NCBI GenBank assembly: GCA_038883795.1
Contig: JAVZLK010000045.1
Location: 1-11,006, forward strand
Direction of reading: 5' to 3'
Length of the DNA: 11,006 nucleotides
From: Candidatus Bathyarchaeia archaeon
Lineage (GTDB): Archaea > Thermoproteota > Bathyarchaeia > Bathyarchaeales > Bathycorpusculaceae
Every line of letters begins with the position of its first letter. Positions within the stretch are counted from its first letter, which is position 1. Below the pieces are notes generated by a model, which saw only the letters and a program-made list of their open reading frames with translations, was not told where the DNA came from and ran no database searches. Of the stretch, positions 8,778 to 11,006 are shown in pieces. The translations under genes were made by a program, and so were the position numbers.

Positions 8778-8805
8778 AATTCTGTTAGTTGCAATTAGAA
8801 GAACG
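8778..8805 (+). repeat. dif/Xer-like recombination site E (right arm more divergent)
   Basis: AATTCTGTTAG-ttgcaa-TTAGAAGAACG, starting 15 nt after the RM stop codon. Confidence 0.78.
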
Positions 8806-8971
8806 AGTATATCTGCAACTCCTGTTTATGCTACCGGCGCTTTCAATAACCACGCGACAAGAATAGTCTTGCATAAGCATACGAAAATACTCGAATAAGG
8901 AGACGCTGATTCACCTATTCTTTGACCATGCGCTTGGCAAATATGAAGCACACGTTGATATGTCCGTTTTT

Positions 8972-9014
8972 GGATACTGTCCATTGCGAGCCTCGCCAAA
9001 GGATACTGTCCTTT
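8972..9014. repeat. Two copies of GGATACTGTCC (8972-8982 and 9001-9011), each the centre of a short palindrome
   Basis: TGGA-tactg-TCCA and AAAGGA-tactg-TCCTTT, 29 bp apart, upstream of the integrase. Confidence 0.5.
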
Positions 9015-9183
9015 GCTAGCGGCAGAAAATTCTTGTGGTTTTCTGGTGAATGTGTAATGGGGCATGGGTTTGATGGTTGAGTTTGTTGTTGGCGTTAATC
9101 GGCAAAGGATTGTGTATATGACCACTGAGATTGTCGGAAATCTAGTTACGATTGGACTATGGTGCCCTGTACAGCCTAATTAA

Positions 9184-10644
9184 GTGGCAAAAATGACTGT
9201 TGTGGCAGCGGGAGAAAAGCTTGGTCTTCCACAAGCGCCTTCCGGCGCAGCTCGGCAAAAGCGAGTTAAAAATGGGAAGTCCGCTGAGAAGAGCGGCTCG
9301 CACAAGGCCTCTATACGCTGCCCAGAATGCGCATCGCAACGCGTTTGGAAGGATGGTCTTCGTAAGACCGGTAGGGGTAAAGTGCAAAGGTGGCTATGTC
9401 GAAGCTGTGGCTTTAGATTCAGCGAGTCGACTGCGAACAACCAAGTAAAGGTCGACGTCTTCGGCCAACCCTTTAAACAGTCGGATGCGCGACAGGGTCT
9501 TCTGCAGTCGGATGTCTTTCAAAGTGAGTTTTCCGTCGAGCCATCCTTGGAGAACTGTCCTCTCAAGAGGTGTGAAGATATAGGTTCGCATATCTCATCG
9601 AAAAAGACTATGACAGAGAAAACTATATATGCCTTTTCAGACTATAATAGAGATCGCCGAGTATGCGTCTCGGAAGCCGAGGCGAAAAACTTGGCTGCAG
9701 TCGAATCCCGACAGGAAGTAGCCCAGCGGGAGGGCACAACGCAGTCAACAGTCAGCATTGAAGGTGAAATACTACGCTACTTGGTCTGGCTGAAGAATCA
9801 AGCCTACAGCCATTATACAATCAGAAGCAGAGCCAATCTTTTGAAAAGTTTCGTCAAAATGAAAGCAAATTTGAGTGATCCTGATTCGGTCAAGGAAGTA
9901 ATAGCCAATGCAAACAATTGGAGCCAAACAACGAAACTTCTCGCGACAACAGCTTACGACAGTTTTCTGAAGTGGCAAGGCAAAACTTGGATTTCCCCAA
10001 GATATAGACAAACCCAAAAATTGCCCTTCATTCCAACTGAAGAAGAGCTTGATGCTTTGATTACTATATCTGGAAAGAAACTTGCAACAATGCTCCAGAT
10101 CCTAAAAGAAACAGGTGCCAGACTCGGTGAAGCCTTCAAACTTGAGTGGACTGACATCGATTTCGAACGCTCCACATTAAGAATCAATCATCCAGAAAAG
10201 GGAAGCAACCCTCGAATTCTGCCGATTACCAAGAAACTTGCCAGTATGATAAACACGCTTCCAAAAAAGGGTTCAAGAATCTTTGGTGGCGGAAGCCTTA
10301 GAACCTTCGAAACATCCTTCTGGAATCAAAGAAGGAGAGCAGCCGCCAAACTTCAAAATCCACGACTGAAAGCCATTACTTTCCACACTTTCCGACATTG
10401 GAAAGCAACAATGGAATACCACAAAACGCATGACATATTCCACGTTCAGAAACTTCTCGGACACAAAAACATCCAGAACACAGCAATCTACATTACCCTG
10501 GAAAACAGTGTATTTCAAACAAAAGAAGACGACTTTCACGTTGCAGTCGCCAAAACACTGGAAGAAGCATGCAAACTAGTGGAAGTAGGCTTTGAATACG
10601 TCTGTAGCATGGACAATGCGAAAATCTTCAGAAAGCGAAAATAA
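9184..10644 (+). CDS. Tyrosine recombinase/integrase with an N-terminal IS1/InsA-like C4 zinc ribbon; possible internal start at TTG 9691
   Basis: Complete catalytic set: ETGAR (R), PEKGS (K), FHTFRH (HxxR), LLGH (H), TAIY (Y). Zn ribbon CPEC-x22-CRSC at 9319-9408. Confidence 0.95.
   Translation: MAKMTVVAAGEKLGLPQAPSGAARQKRVKNGKSAEKSGSHKASIRCPECASQRVWKDGLRKTGRGKVQRWLCRSCGFRFSESTANNQVKVDVFGQPFKQSDARQGLLQSDVFQSEFSVEPSLENCPLKRCEDIGSHISSKKTMTEKTIYAFSDYNRDRRVCVSEAEAKNLAAVESRQEVAQREGTTQSTVSIEGEILRYLVWLKNQAYSHYTIRSRANLLKSFVKMKANLSDPDSVKEVIANANNWSQTTKLLATTAYDSFLKWQGKTWISPRYRQTQKLPFIPTEEELDALITISGKKLATMLQILKETGARLGEAFKLEWTDIDFERSTLRINHPEKGSNPRILPITKKLASMINTLPKKGSRIFGGGSLRTFETSFWNQRRRAAAKLQNPRLKAITFHTFRHWKATMEYHKTHDIFHVQKLLGHKNIQNTAIYITLENSVFQTKEDDFHVAVAKTLEEACKLVEVGFEYVCSMDNAKIFRKRK
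9394..9591 (-). CDS. Small basic helical protein (65 aa) nested antisense within the integrase N-terminal extension; candidate regulator or directionality factor
   Basis: ATG start with an ATATATAG TATA-like element 32-39 nt upstream. Amphipathic helical pattern (FTPLERTVLQGWLDG...LSRIRLFKGLAEDVDLYL). The opposite-strand integrase segment reads like an unstructured linker. Confidence 0.6.
   Translation of the reverse strand: MRTYIFTPLERTVLQGWLDGKLTLKDIRLQKTLSRIRLFKGLAEDVDLYLVVRSRLAESKATAST
9613..9693. promoter_or_regulatory. Putative bidirectional promoter and RBS inside the integrase ORF
   Basis: CAGAGAAAA-CTATATAT (BRE plus TATA, readable on both strands, 9614-9630); GAGGCG at 9679-9684, 6 nt before the in-frame TTG 9691. 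Confidence 0.5.
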
Positions 10645-10730
10645 AAGATAAAGATGAAAAATAAAAGGTAAAGTTTAAAATGTTCTGAGTAGTAGAAGTG
10701 TTCACAAATCTGAATGTTACGAGGGAAAAA

Positions 10731-11006
10731 TTGATGAACCTCTCGCTTAAAAAAATTAAATCTATAATAATTTTGTTCTTAATCATATCAACAATCACAA
10801 CTATCTCGCTTATGCCAAAAGTGAATGCGGAAGTAACAATTTCCATAGAACCAACTGAAGGGTATGTTGGCGCAAACGTCACATTAACAGCAAACATAAC
10901 AACTCCTAATGGACGATACGAAATTTTGTTTGATGGAAACTTGTTGCTAAGCGATAATGCGACTGGAAACAGCGTGGAAACGTCAATTACTATTCCTCCA
11001 GCGCCT
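10731..11006 (+). CDS. 5' end of a secreted/surface Ig-like-domain protein; 3'-truncated by the window edge
   Basis: GAGGG RBS, TTG 10731/ATG 10734, open to the end of the window: MNLSLKKIKSIIILFLIISTITTISLMPKVNA-EVTISIEPTEGYVGANVTLTANITT... Signal peptide, several N-x-T sequons, TTTAAA box at 10674-10679. Confidence 0.85.
   Translation, partial: MMNLSLKKIKSIIILFLIISTITTISLMPKVNAEVTISIEPTEGYVGANVTLTANITTPNGRYEILFDGNLLLSDNATGNSVETSITIPPAP

Larger units (their letters stand above)
397..10644. mobile_element. Integrase-associated island made of modules bounded by dif-like sites; true ends not determined
   Basis: Tyrosine integrase, five recombination-type sites, defence and surface cargo in alternating orientation. 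Confidence 0.6.

Noticed and set aside
397-8805. Classical integron (attC/IntI) or CRISPR interpretation of the repeats
   Set aside because: The sites are 28-bp 11-6-11 elements, not long attC hairpins. Spacing is 0.5-4 kb rather than spacer-sized, and I do not recognise the IntI-specific insertion in the integrase.
8826-9125. 99-aa minus-strand ORF, or a degraded TnpB-like remnant in neighbouring frames
   Set aside because: No recognisable motif and atypical composition; the remnant idea rests on vague resemblance only.
9159-9215. TGGTGCCC / TGGCAGCGGG as a possible tRNA 3' end (att site) near the integrase start
   Set aside because: No T-arm (GTTCRAATC or its complement) or cloverleaf follows.
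40-10897. Other short overlapping ORFs (40..417, 623..850, 1044..1313, 3950..4153, 5048..5248, 5399..5602, 6220..6402, 6277..6537, 7092..7346, 7246..7431, 7485..7721, 8094..8354, 9157..9387, 9180..9440, 9200..9448, 9772..10017, 9954..10187, 10273..10539, 10628..10897)
   Set aside because: They are alternative-frame or antisense shadows of better-supported genes, with no motifs or expression signals.

Overview
This is an archaeal accessory island, most likely Bathyarchaeia (inferred from protein styles, TATA/BRE promoters and GTG/TTG starts), lying next to a tyrosine integrase. The main observation is five copies of a 28-bp dif/Xer-type site (11-bp arm, variable 6-bp spacer, 11-bp arm; consensus WNTTCTGTTAG-N6-TTAACAGAAWA) at 397, 945, 1555, 5696 and 8778. 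All five are intergenic and divide the region into four modules: a solo PD-(D/E)xK nuclease; a 4-TM membrane protein; a pair of paralogous surface proteins plus a SpoIIM-like protein; and a fused Type IIG restriction-modification gene. This resembles an archaeal counterpart of pdif modules or an integron-like cassette array. The integrase (9184-10644) has an IS1-like Zn ribbon, a nested antisense 65-aa ORF and a probable internal promoter and start. Three cargo genes are interrupted: one by two in-frame stops at apparent Trp codons and two by 1-bp homopolymer indels, reflecting either decay or sequencing error. Partial surface-protein genes lie at both window edges. No tRNA, rRNA or CRISPR array was recognised.
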